64,000 nt of DNA from Candidatus Heimdallarchaeota archaeon (GCA_030668825.1 DAOVET010000002.1:15666-79665), one strand, 5' to 3'. Positions 1 to 10,004 are shown, counted from the first letter of the stretch. Notes: generated from the letters alone by a model not told the origin. Program-made: numbers and translations.

Positions 1-1010
1 CTGATGAAATTGAAAATGAATTTTTCAGGTTACAGCAAATCAAAAGTGCAGCTGAAATCTTAGTTAGAACTGAGACTGAAAACCTTTCTAAACTTGATGT
101 GGAAATCAACAAGATCACTCATGATATAGTAGATATTGAAAAGACTGTTACAGTACAACAAAAACAGTATGATGAAATCAGAAAGAAACTTAATCATCTA
201 AATGAAGAGATTAAAGAACTCTCAGGAAGAAGAGACAAAAATCTAAAATTGATAAGTTTTCTTGAAATAGAAATCTTAGATTTAAAAGAAGCATATGAAA
301 ATCTGAATAAAGAAGCAAAGGAGAAAGGGGAACCTCCTGAAAGTATTCGTTCAGACAAAGAAGAAATAGCCTCCGAATATAATAAAGTTAAAGGACAATT
401 AGAATTATTAGAAATTACACCAGAAGTATCACAAGATAGCATCGAAAAACAAGAACAACAAGTAAGCATTTTGCAAGATGAAGTAAAAAATGCTGAAATT
501 CATCTAAATAATCTTAAAAAAGATTTAGAAAAAAGAATTGATGAATGGGAAGGGGGTCTACATAATATTGTAGACCATCTGAACAAGATGCTGAATTTAC
601 TTCTTCAAGATGTTTTTGTAAATGTATCGATCCAAATTCGAAATTATTATGATGAGAAGTATGCAGGATTACATATTGAAGCTGAAACAAAGGGAGATAA
701 TAGAAAATATAGACAGCTTTCGGGGGGAGAAAAAACACTATTAGCTCAAGCAATCATTTTAGCTCTTCACATGATAAATCACTCACCAATTCATGCAATA
801 GATGAATTTACTCAAAAACTTGATAAGCGAAACAAAGCACTTGCTTTTTCCATGGCTTTAGCAACTTATAAAATCTCGAAGGAGAATAGGATAATTACTC
901 CTCAATTTATTCTTATAACTCCCTCTCTTGATGATGTAGAACTCTCTGAAGAGTTTACTCACAAAGTATTGATTGAGAGTAAAGTAAAACCTCATGAGGT
1001 GAAAACATGA
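1..1010 (+). CDS. SMC5/6-related SMC ATPase, C-terminal part (5' end outside window)
   Basis: Frame is open from base 3. Long coiled coil, then ABC signature LSGGEK, Walker B/D-loop PIHAIDEFTQKLD and terminal QFILITP; these resemble SMC5/SMC6 rather than canonical Smc. Confidence 0.88.
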   Translation, partial: DEIENEFFRLQQIKSAAEILVRTETENLSKLDVEINKITHDIVDIEKTVTVQQKQYDEIRKKLNHLNEEIKELSGRRDKNLKLISFLEIEILDLKEAYENLNKEAKEKGEPPESIRSDKEEIASEYNKVKGQLELLEITPEVSQDSIEKQEQQVSILQDEVKNAEIHLNNLKKDLEKRIDEWEGGLHNIVDHLNKMLNLLLQDVFVNVSIQIRNYYDEKYAGLHIEAETKGDNRKYRQLSGGEKTLLAQAIILALHMINHSPIHAIDEFTQKLDKRNKALAFSMALATYKISKENRIITPQFILITPSLDDVELSEEFTHKVLIESKVKPHEVKT

Positions 1011-1777
1011 CTGATCAAGATATTCTAGATGAAAGTTCTGATACAATTTCAGTCTACATTGAAGAAAATAGAGAATGGGTTGAGAACATATTTCAACTAG
1101 TTTTTGAGCTCAAGAGGAAATATGGTAGATCGATAAGAAAGAAAGAAATTGTGAGACTTCTAGAATCAGAGGAAGATCGGTCTAAAGTTTCTGATGCTTA
1201 TCTATATTTACAGAACAAAAAAGAAAGCCTTCTGGATTCTGCTCTTTATGAAGATTTTATCAAAATGAATGATTTGAGAGAAAATGATTTTCTAGAACAG
1301 CTGCTTTATCCTCAAGAAAGGTTGAAAACCTTTGCAGACAAAGTAAGAAGTTTATGTGTTCCAATAACTTATTTCTCAGGAACAACTCAAACATCTTATG
1401 AAGAACCATTAAATGCTCTAACAGAAGAAATCATTGAATTGGAATCAATTGAAAATATTGAACTTTTTGTGAAAAAATACCAGAACTTCTTTAAGAAATT
1501 AACAACTAATTTTATAGATAAAGGTGAAATTTTGAATATTGAAAATATAATTAAAGACAAACTGATAGGTAAAAAAATCAAAAAGGTGAAGATTAACGAA
1601 CTTTTGACATCTTTAGAAGCAGAGATTTTATCTAAAATGATAAGTGAGAAAAAGATTCATGTCATTTTAGAGAATGATGTACTGATTTTTCAAACTGAAA
1701 TAAAGGATGAGGAATCTGATGGTGTCTCAAGTTCAGTTCTCCTCTCACCTAAGAACCCCAAAGTAGAGCGTGACTAA
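1007..1777 (+). CDS. putative kleisin-like SMC partner
   Basis: ATGA overlap with the SMC gene; 256 aa, acidic and helical; C-terminal winged-helix-like segment (LEAEILSKMISEKKIHVILENDVLIF). The function is inferred from context. Confidence 0.5.
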   Translation: MTDQDILDESSDTISVYIEENREWVENIFQLVFELKRKYGRSIRKKEIVRLLESEEDRSKVSDAYLYLQNKKESLLDSALYEDFIKMNDLRENDFLEQLLYPQERLKTFADKVRSLCVPITYFSGTTQTSYEEPLNALTEEIIELESIENIELFVKKYQNFFKKLTTNFIDKGEILNIENIIKDKLIGKKIKKVKINELLTSLEAEILSKMISEKKIHVILENDVLIFQTEIKDEESDGVSSSVLLSPKNPKVERD

Positions 1778-1779
1778 TA

Positions 1780-2385
1780 ATGGAAGAAAACCATCTGGAT
1801 CAATCCATTGATTCAAATGAGATTGCTGAAGAAAATAATTTCTTACCTTCTTCTATTTCAGATGAAGAAAAAGGAGAACTATTTAGAGAGTTAACTACAA
1901 TTTTATCTAGAAAATGGATAAAAGATAAAGTGACTGTTTTTGGTTGTTCTGAACTTGATTTATTATTGGCAACACGTTTTGATGTTCAAACCTTACGTGA
2001 AACAATTGATGAATACAAAGCATTTGTTCAAATTTTAGGACTAAATGTAATTGATTATGACATGGATGGTGAAAAGTGGTACTGCTTAAGATCCTCTCAT
2101 TACGCGCCTTCTGATTTACAATCTCCTGAATTAATAGTATTGGGGACTATAATTGCTTATCTTGAAAGTGATAAACAAAAACCAATAACTACAGAGAGGA
2201 TTAAAGAAAAATTGGTGGTCACTGGCAGGATGAAGGAATACCTAGTTGATAATAGTTTGAGGAAATTAACAAGACTCGGATATTTCAAGAAGCAACAGAA
2301 CGAATGGGAATATAATTATCGGACCTACATAGAGTTTGGTGATGAGGAGAGAAAAAAAATTGTAGAGGAGTTCAGAAGGATTTGA
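1780..2385 (+). CDS. putative KITE-family tandem winged-helix subunit (ScpB/Nse1/Nse3-like)
   Basis: 201 aa with two WH-like units (…YKAFVQILGLNVIDYDMDGEKWYCL…; …VDNSLRKLTRLGYFKKQQNEWEYNYRTYIEF); 2 nt after the previous gene. Confidence 0.6.
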   Translation: MEENHLDQSIDSNEIAEENNFLPSSISDEEKGELFRELTTILSRKWIKDKVTVFGCSELDLLLATRFDVQTLRETIDEYKAFVQILGLNVIDYDMDGEKWYCLRSSHYAPSDLQSPELIVLGTIIAYLESDKQKPITTERIKEKLVVTGRMKEYLVDNSLRKLTRLGYFKKQQNEWEYNYRTYIEFGDEERKKIVEEFRRI

Positions 2386-2834
2386 ATGAACAAGAAGCAA
2401 TCTATTGCTATATTCGTTGTACTTTCTGTAATCAGATGAAAACTCTAAGAGATGCTGCACTAGAAGGGTGGGAAGTTTGTGATAGATGTCAATTAGTATT
2501 TTGTAATGAATGTAAGAAAAACACTGAAGAAGAATTCTGTCCAGGGTCTGTCTATACTACAAAACATACTGCTAGTTTTGGACTTCTTCCAATAGAACAA
2601 ATTATTGAAACAGCAAACAATATAGAGAAACAACCTAAGGAAAGCAAGTTTATTTCTAAGATATTTTTTGAAAAAGAAAAAAAGAAAATTGAAATACTCA
2701 AAAGTAACAAGAAGAAAAAGGAACCAGCTGATTTTAGTATCGTAAGATTTCGGGAAGAACAGTGGAGAAAATTTGGTACTGTTTTAGTCAAAAGGAAAGA
2801 TGGTAAATTTCTAACTTGGGGTCAATTAGAATAA
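2382..2834 (+). CDS. RING-like zinc-finger protein
   Basis: CTFC-x16-CDRC-x4-CNEC-x8-CP…H; TTGA overlap with the upstream gene. Confidence 0.65.
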   Translation: MNEQEAIYCYIRCTFCNQMKTLRDAALEGWEVCDRCQLVFCNECKKNTEEEFCPGSVYTTKHTASFGLLPIEQIIETANNIEKQPKESKFISKIFFEKEKKKIEILKSNKKKKEPADFSIVRFREEQWRKFGTVLVKRKDGKFLTWGQLE

Positions 2835-2863
2835 CTAAAAGAAAAAAGAAAAATGGACAGGGA

Positions 2864-5767
2864 TTATATCCCTGTAATTGCTTCTGCTCGAGAGCCTAGT
2901 ATTACATTTGTTATGAAGAGACTAGTTATTTGCAATAACATTAGAAGTACTCCTATAGCACAGAAAATTTGGAATTTTAAAGGATTCCATGCCATATACC
3001 ATGTTATTGTTCCAGCTTTTGATGAGAATATCAAAAATATCGTCGTAGAGACTTCTGATAGACAATATAAGAAGGAAACCAGCGAACCAGCGAATATATT
3101 GAGGGAAATTAATGGTATAGTAATCCTTGAAAAAGTTCTCATTCTAGAAGCACCTAAATTGATGGAAGCTTCTTCTAAAACTACATCCACTTGTTGTAAA
3201 CCCGCATACGCTGATCGTACCGTAAATGGTATTTTTCTTATTGTATAGCTCATTATTAGCAGCGTTACTGCAACCCCAATGAATGGATCTAACTTCAATC
3301 CTGCTGTGATGTTGGCCATCATTTTGTTGAACCATGAAGGGTTCCTAGATGCTATACCACTCCAATCAAAAGTTCGATAATAACCAATGGCTAAGACAAT
3401 ACCTGGGATTGCAATAGGTAATGTTACAAGTGCATCTAAAATCTTCTTCCCTCTAAACTCCTTTCTGGCTACAACATACGCGGCAACTGAACCAATTACG
3501 ATAATTAAAAGTGTAGCAAGGACACTATAAACTAGCGTGTTAATTATATACGGTGGTATATCATACGTTGAAGATACAAATATCACTTTATAGTTTTCAC
3601 CCGTGAAAGCTAGATCTGAGGGTTTCGTACCTCCAAGCGTTTCCATAAACGACATCAGGATGACTCCTGTATGCACCAATAATGAGAATGCAAATAGTAT
3701 GATCAAAAATGGATAGATGTATAATAACTTCCATTTAGCTTTAGACATCCTGTATTGTCCTGCTCTACCTTTACTTACCATTGCATATGTTCGTAAAGAT
3801 ACATACTTCCGGATCGCAAAGAACCCAATAAGTGCAATAATAAGGAGTATACCTCCTAATACACAGACCTCCGGCTTAATCTCTGCAGCTCCTGCTTTCT
3901 TGTATTCTGAAAATACATAGTAAGGTAGAAATTTACTAGCAGCTGTATCTCCCATTGCTGTGAAGATGATTGGGGTTCCTACATCTTCCATAGAAAGAAT
4001 CAAAACTAATATAGCTCCAGCCCCGATTCCTGGCATAGCCAATGGCAAAGTAACAGTGGAGAATAAACGAAATTTTCCTGCTCCAAGATTCTCTGCTGAT
4101 TCTTCCATGCTTGGATCTATGTTCAAGAAGGATGAAAAAGCATTGAGATAAACTAAAGCATAGAAATGAGATGTTTGAACAAACACAATAGCAAACAGCC
4201 CTGAGAAGATTAGCTTTGTTTGGAATGCTGGAATTAAGAAGAAGTTATTTAGAAATCCGTTAGGTCCTAGAATTAACCTGAAACCCATTCCTGATATGAA
4301 CGGTGGTATAATGAGAGGAGCAAGTGCTAGTAAACTTACAAGTCTTTTTCCAGGAAATTCATACCTTGCTAAAACGAAAGCCAATGCTGTACCAAGTATT
4401 ACTGAAAAAATAGTAGTCAAGATTCCAAGAATAATAGTGTTAAGAACCACACCATGATCTTTTCCACTTAAAGTTATAACAGTAATTTCTATAGTATCTT
4501 CATATTCTGCGATCAGAGGTAATTCAATTAAAACTTGAGACATATCTAGGATTTGAGTACCACCTTTTAGTTGAGAGAGGAAAATGCGGTTTGTTGTAGT
4601 ATCAATGAAAATATCTGCTGTTTTATACACAACTGTATAATAGCTGTTGATGCTTACAAGATTTGATGGATCAGTAATGTCAAAAATTCGAACACCAAGA
4701 TCATTCAAAGAGAAATCAAAAGAGACAAAGTAACCATAATTGTTTACAATCTGAACATCGTATAATTTACCAACAACAGTTTCGTCATAATACTCAACAA
4801 GTGTCATATTTAATGGGTCTGTAATGTTGAAAATACCTAAACCATCATTTCCTAAGGTGATGTAAGCTAAATCTCCAACTATATCTATATCTTGTGCCCC
4901 CATAGTCCCATTTTCTGGATCATGAATAATATGATATAACTGTGCGTCAGTATACTCTGCTAACAGTAAAGGATTTTCTGGATCAGAAATGTCAAAGATT
5001 TTAACTCCTGTTGTGAAACCTACAACATAGACAAGGTCATTATTAATAACAATATCAAATACATCTGTATCAATGGTTACATTAGATAGAATGGTTGGAT
5101 TTATTGGGTTTGAAACATCAATTATTGCGAAACCCTTTCCATTGATATCTAGAATAGCTAAATTGTTTTCAACAGCGATAAAATCAGTAGTATCTGCTAT
5201 ATCATACATATGACACATAGGTGCAAAGCTTTCTCGAACATTAGAAATGTTAAAAATTACCAATCCACCTCTACCTGCAGCAGTGTATAATAGGTCATCT
5301 TTTACAACTAATTCATTGAAACTACTAATTTCTTCGTAATACTGCCTTATTTCCGTAGTCTCATTATGTTGCGAGACATCTAGAATCTCTATACCTTCGC
5401 TTCTTTCAGCAACAAACGCAATATTATTATCAACAGCAATTGCTTCTGCTGGACCTCCATAATCTTGTTTATCCTTTGAAAAGAAATGGGTTTGATTATC
5501 TCCTGGGAAATTGAAGAATAAAGTTTTAGTAAAGACATTAGCTATAGGGGCACCAGACCACTGACCATTGAAATAAACAGCACCAGATAGAACCGAGAAT
5601 AGTGGGATTACCATCCACACAATAAAAACAAAAGACACAAGGACGATGATGAAATTTGTCGAAGGTTCTCGTAATAGTTTAACATAAAGAAAATTAATTA
5701 ATGATCTTCTCTTTTTGCCCTTTCCCTCTTCACTTGTTTTTTTACTAGAGCTAGCCATTTTATTCAA
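2864..5767 (-). CDS. Fe3+/thiamine-type ABC transporter permease (FbpB-like, two TM domains) with inserted LVIVD-repeat domain
   Basis: Two EAA loops (MEESAENLGA; LEEASINLGA) and P-x-x-I-P motifs; about 320 aa of 'IFDISDPENP'-type repeats after TM1. Confidence 0.85.
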   Translation of the reverse strand: MNKMASSSKKTSEEGKGKKRRSLINFLYVKLLREPSTNFIIVLVSFVFIVWMVIPLFSVLSGAVYFNGQWSGAPIANVFTKTLFFNFPGDNQTHFFSKDKQDYGGPAEAIAVDNNIAFVAERSEGIEILDVSQHNETTEIRQYYEEISSFNELVVKDDLLYTAAGRGGLVIFNISNVRESFAPMCHMYDIADTTDFIAVENNLAILDINGKGFAIIDVSNPINPTILSNVTIDTDVFDIVINNDLVYVVGFTTGVKIFDISDPENPLLLAEYTDAQLYHIIHDPENGTMGAQDIDIVGDLAYITLGNDGLGIFNITDPLNMTLVEYYDETVVGKLYDVQIVNNYGYFVSFDFSLNDLGVRIFDITDPSNLVSINSYYTVVYKTADIFIDTTTNRIFLSQLKGGTQILDMSQVLIELPLIAEYEDTIEITVITLSGKDHGVVLNTIILGILTTIFSVILGTALAFVLARYEFPGKRLVSLLALAPLIIPPFISGMGFRLILGPNGFLNNFFLIPAFQTKLIFSGLFAIVFVQTSHFYALVYLNAFSSFLNIDPSMEESAENLGAGKFRLFSTVTLPLAMPGIGAGAILVLILSMEDVGTPIIFTAMGDTAASKFLPYYVFSEYKKAGAAEIKPEVCVLGGILLIIALIGFFAIRKYVSLRTYAMVSKGRAGQYRMSKAKWKLLYIYPFLIILFAFSLLVHTGVILMSFMETLGGTKPSDLAFTGENYKVIFVSSTYDIPPYIINTLVYSVLATLLIIVIGSVAAYVVARKEFRGKKILDALVTLPIAIPGIVLAIGYYRTFDWSGIASRNPSWFNKMMANITAGLKLDPFIGVAVTLLIMSYTIRKIPFTVRSAYAGLQQVDVVLEEASINLGASRMRTFSRITIPLISLNIFAGSLVSFLYCLSEVSTTIFLIFSSKAGTITWYMAWNPLKFQIFCAIGVLLMLLQITSLFITNVILGSRAEAITGI

Positions 5768-5925
5768 CCAAATTTGGTTAGATAGAGATGTAATATCTTA
5801 ATGCTTTTTGAATTTTATCCCTATTTTTAAAAAATATGAAAGAAATATGAAAACATAAATAAATAATTATCTTCTGAATAAGTAATTGAAACACAAAAAA
5901 AAGAAAAAAAGAAAATTAGCAGTAT

Positions 5926-7419
5926 TTACTTCTTCTTTCTCCTAAGTAAAACCATTGTAGCCACAAAAATTGATGTAATGAAGACAGGGATCATACCAAA
6001 AGCATTTGTCGTTTCTGTTTCTGGAATCAAAATCCCAAGTATAGTATTATACTTTGTTTGAGCAAAATTTCTCCATTCTCCATCTTTTATTGCAGAAAAA
6101 GTTGCATTCAATTGATATTGCGTATTCCAGTCTATAGATTCCTGCAAGGTCATTCCCGGTACTCCGAGATCTTCTATTAGTTCATTGAAGAATGTACTAT
6201 TAATTTCACCATCTCTTAATTGTGTTACCATCTCACCCCAAGTATTTCTTAGCAGGGTGTGAAGTTGTTCAATTGTATTGTGGAAATAGTAAATGGTTGT
6301 AGCTAAGTTAGAAGTAGCAAGATCTTCGTCGAAGTCTATACCTACATTATCCAGTGTTTCATTGAATAGTAAGTATAAATCAGGTCTTAATTGTCCATCT
6401 GGGGTGTGAAAAGCATCTTCATTAACTGGTAATCGGTCTATACCTTCAGTTAACCAGATAGCTTGACCTTCTGGAGTATTTACGTATGTTAGAAACGCTG
6501 CAGCAGCATCATAGTCATCAACATTGATACCCATAGCGATAGGATCACCATTGACAATTGATTGACCTTGTGGGATTATGTACTCACAATCAAGATTCTC
6601 TCCCATGGCTATTATTCCATAAAAGTCGATTGTCATAGCAATTCCCACTTCACCACTAACTACAGCAGCCCTTGTAGCTACTGATCCAGGATACATTCCT
6701 GAATTAGCACCCATTCTTGTCAGAATCGACCATCCTACATCCCAACCAAATGCTTGGAGGATAATTTGGTAAATTCTTGTATTGGATGTGGTTAAAGGTG
6801 GATCACCCATACTAATAGCTTTAACACTAGGACTGATGTAATAAATTGGACTGGCTAATTCTTCCCAAGTTTTTGGTACTGGAAGAGCATGAGTGGTTAA
6901 GAAATCATGATTAACAGTAAAACCAAAAGAAGAGATAGCATTTGCTGCCCAAACAAGACTTCCATTTGGTGCAAACGACTTCATACTTGCACCTGCTAAT
7001 TCAGCAGGAACACTGTCGTTTATTGCTGTAAATAAAGCAGCATCAGTTACAGGATCAATGTGTTTTAACAAACCCCAATTATCCATAGTGTTGAACAAAG
7101 CTGGTCCACCACCCCATGCAAGATCCACAGATTTCGAAGGATCCTCTAGAAGTTTCTTCCATCCGGCATCTGTTGAAGCTTGTCTGAAATCAAATGAAGT
7201 AACACCTAATGCAATCGCTTCTGGAGTCGCTAAGAAAGCAGCTTGAAATGCGTTTGTTAGAGTTGTATCATGTCGAGTAACAATGGTTAAGGTAACTGCA
7301 TTAAGCTCTGGATTTGATGAGTTAGCAGTATCAACTTCAGCGTTAATCATAAAAACGGCTGAACCCATTGATATCGATGCAATTAAGAAAACTAGAATAG
7401 CTATTCTTTTTATATTCAT
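5926..7419 (-). CDS. ABC transporter substrate-binding protein, C-terminally anchored
   Basis: Signal peptide from MNIKR (7419); DLAWGGG, PKTWEEL and GDP…SNT motifs of Fe/thiamine-type SBPs; C-terminal TM + RRKKK. Confidence 0.85.
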   Translation of the reverse strand: MNIKRIAILVFLIASISMGSAVFMINAEVDTANSSNPELNAVTLTIVTRHDTTLTNAFQAAFLATPEAIALGVTSFDFRQASTDAGWKKLLEDPSKSVDLAWGGGPALFNTMDNWGLLKHIDPVTDAALFTAINDSVPAELAGASMKSFAPNGSLVWAANAISSFGFTVNHDFLTTHALPVPKTWEELASPIYYISPSVKAISMGDPPLTTSNTRIYQIILQAFGWDVGWSILTRMGANSGMYPGSVATRAAVVSGEVGIAMTIDFYGIIAMGENLDCEYIIPQGQSIVNGDPIAMGINVDDYDAAAAFLTYVNTPEGQAIWLTEGIDRLPVNEDAFHTPDGQLRPDLYLLFNETLDNVGIDFDEDLATSNLATTIYYFHNTIEQLHTLLRNTWGEMVTQLRDGEINSTFFNELIEDLGVPGMTLQESIDWNTQYQLNATFSAIKDGEWRNFAQTKYNTILGILIPETETTNAFGMIPVFITSIFVATMVLLRRKKK

Positions 7420-7563
7420 TTTATAATCAACCTTCTTATTGATATCTAATAATATCAAATAATTATCTAGCATTCAGACTATAAAGTTTTTGCACTATTG
7501 ATAAAAATGGTTTTTTAAGAAAAGCAATATGTAATAAATTCTTAACAATAGAAATAGCAATAA

Positions 7564-8085
7564 ATTAACAATTATTACCAAAGAAATATAGCGCCCACAA
7601 TTTTGACATCTATGGGAGTAGATTTTTCTACTTTAACTCCTGCATTTGATGGTGGAGCACAAACTGGAATCCCTTTCTGGGGTTTCGAAGACAATGATGT
7701 ACCCGTTATCAAATTAGCTTCCTACAAATATCTTGACGGTCAATTTCAAGAATTAACTGAAGAAACTAAGATTGCAGATGTTTTCAATATTAGTTTATCA
7801 ACTTTTGATTGGTGTAACGAATTAGTAGGTGAACTAGAAGTTGAAGGTCTAATTTTTGAATCTATAAATTCAAAATGGTCAAATGTCTGGTTTTCTAATA
7901 TTGATCTAACAGAGCTAAAAAATGGAGAAAAAACTTTTCATTTCACAGTAACTGATCCATTTGGAAATATCGGAACTTATGATATAACAACCAATTTAAA
8001 ACAAGCCTCAATATCGACATGGCTCTCAATTACAGTTTTTCTTGTAATTGTAACTTATCTCGTTCTAAAACGAAGAAAAAAATAA
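7564..8085 (+). pseudogene. C-terminal remnant of a membrane-anchored alkaline-phosphatase/sulfatase-superfamily protein
   Basis: The frame after the stop at 7561 reads NIAPTILTSMGVD…FDG (DIAPTIL…G…DG motif). It has a C-terminal TM + KRRKK but no signal peptide or catalytic N-terminus. Confidence 0.5.
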
Positions 8086-8105
8086 CTTTCTTTTTTCTTA
8101 TTTTT

Positions 8106-9707
8106 CTAATGAAAATTTACTTTTTTCTGTTCATATCCTATTTTATTTCCATTATCATCTTGAAATATCAATTCAATGAATGTGGGACCTAAAAAGTTTG
8201 TAGCAGGAATTTCAACCATTTTAGGTTCATGAGAGTTAGCTTCTAAGAGCATTGGATAAAGGTGATTGGTATATATTCCACCTCTCGTAAAAGATACTCT
8301 CAGAGTTCCTATTATTCCTTCCTCACTACGATTATATAGATGAACTGGGATACTGAAAGGTTTGTGAATTGGTGCTGTATCTGATGTTGTTACTCTTATT
8401 TCAATGGTTTTATCTTGTTTGTCCAGATCCAAGCTTGGTAATGAAAACTTCCAGTTGAGGTTTTCGAACATAGTACCTTTAGTTTTCTCGTAATCTTCAT
8501 TACTAGTTCTCTTCTTTCCCTCAGCTAAGCCTTTATCCCACTTGACTTCTTTGTGAGCATGTATGGATATTTCGTGTTGATTCATATCATCATAACTGTA
8601 ACGCACTTCTCTGATGTTTGAATCCCCTAAAGTATTTCCTCTCTGCAAGATTATGCAACTAGGATTTCTATACAAATATCTAAAATCGTGTTGCAAAGTA
8701 GGGTCTATTGGGAACCAAATGCCATTTGCAAAAAACTCAGCTTGTGAGTGATGAACCCAGCCTTCATATTCACTTAGGATGATACTTGTAGTTAATCTAG
8801 CGGGAACATTACCTGCTCTACATAAACTTACGAATAGGGATGAAAATTCTGTACAATCTCCTAATTTGTTTTCTATTGCGTATGTAGCCCCATAATCTCC
8901 ATCTTGGGGAACATAGACTAAATTCTCCTTTACATACTTCAAAAAAGCTAAAACTTTACTTAGTGGAGGATGGGAAAGGTATTTTTTTGCTATATTAACA
9001 ATGCTTTCATTAGAGGATTCAAGAAATGGTTCGGATTTAGTATATTTCTGGTAGACCTGAGGATAAAGGGTTTCGATATTTTTTTCTTCACCTCTTAAAC
9101 GTGTAATATCGTAAGCAACCAAACGAGTAACGATATCTGCTTTATACGCAATAGTTATCTTTTCTCTAGGATTAATTTGATGAAAATAAAATCTTAGCCA
9201 TCGATTCCCATCATTATCAGTAATTAGTTTTGTTGGCTTGTGATTGCTCTCAGCGTTCAATACCTGCTGAATAGGAGAGATAGATGGCGGAATCATAACA
9301 TCAAGAACAAAGTTGTTCAGAGGAAAATTATTTGGATTTTTTAGTTGAACTCCATAGAATAGAATCCAGCGATAAATCAAATGTTTATTTGTACGGATAT
9401 TTACCTTTTCTCTTATTTTATAATCTCCTTCAATTTGGAGAAAATAGGTACCAGAATATAAATCAGGAGTTATTGGAAACGAGTAAATTTTCTGTAAGCC
9501 TGTTTCTTCTAATCTTACTTGATCAGAATCGATAATAGTACCAATGGGAGAAATTAGGAGAATGTGCAATTTCTGATTTTTTCTACTCCCCACAAAAGGA
9601 ACAGCTTCCTCTTTACCTGAGATTAATATACTGTCCCCTATCTCTAAAGCCAAATCACTAGATAAAGGTCTTGCCTTATTCTGTTTAACATGAACAATAT
9701 TAATCAT
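8106..9707 (-). CDS. transglutaminase-like domain protein
   Basis: GDCTEFS…CRAGNVPAR…HSQAEFF…WFPIDPT (Cys-His-Asp triad). Confidence 0.85.
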   Translation of the reverse strand: MINIVHVKQNKARPLSSDLALEIGDSILISGKEEAVPFVGSRKNQKLHILLISPIGTIIDSDQVRLEETGLQKIYSFPITPDLYSGTYFLQIEGDYKIREKVNIRTNKHLIYRWILFYGVQLKNPNNFPLNNFVLDVMIPPSISPIQQVLNAESNHKPTKLITDNDGNRWLRFYFHQINPREKITIAYKADIVTRLVAYDITRLRGEEKNIETLYPQVYQKYTKSEPFLESSNESIVNIAKKYLSHPPLSKVLAFLKYVKENLVYVPQDGDYGATYAIENKLGDCTEFSSLFVSLCRAGNVPARLTTSIILSEYEGWVHHSQAEFFANGIWFPIDPTLQHDFRYLYRNPSCIILQRGNTLGDSNIREVRYSYDDMNQHEISIHAHKEVKWDKGLAEGKKRTSNEDYEKTKGTMFENLNWKFSLPSLDLDKQDKTIEIRVTTSDTAPIHKPFSIPVHLYNRSEEGIIGTLRVSFTRGGIYTNHLYPMLLEANSHEPKMVEIPATNFLGPTFIELIFQDDNGNKIGYEQKKVNFH

Positions 9708-9978
9708 GTGAAGCCACTACTTAGTAATGCAAATCGGCAAAGGATTATTGTACTTATACCTGTTCCTGCTATCAAAACTAGCTCAAAAATTTAATTTAAA
9801 TATACGTATTATTGTCGGAGTGTCTGAAGTAACTGTTTTCTCTATTTCCCCAATTCATTCCAATTATTGAAATAAACTGTATTCTGGGGATTTATAGTTT
9901 TTAGTCTTATTTTTGTCGGGAATCCCGTTTCAATTTTTTAATCAGAAAAGTTTAATTAGGAGAATATTTCTGTATTAA

Positions 9979-9994
9979 GTGCACAACTGTGCAC
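9979..9994. promoter_or_regulatory. palindrome GTGCACA-AC-TGTGCAC next to the ribosome-binding site
   Basis: Perfect 7-bp inverted repeat immediately 5' of GGTGA (9995-9999) and the ATG at 10005. Confidence 0.4.
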
Positions 9995-10004
9995 GGTGAA
10001 ATAA

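Noticed and set aside
1-2834. Wadjet (JetABCD) or MukBEF call
   Set aside because: Gene order (SMC first) and head motifs fit the SMC5/6 type better; no Toprim JetD is visible, although the region upstream of the window cannot be seen.
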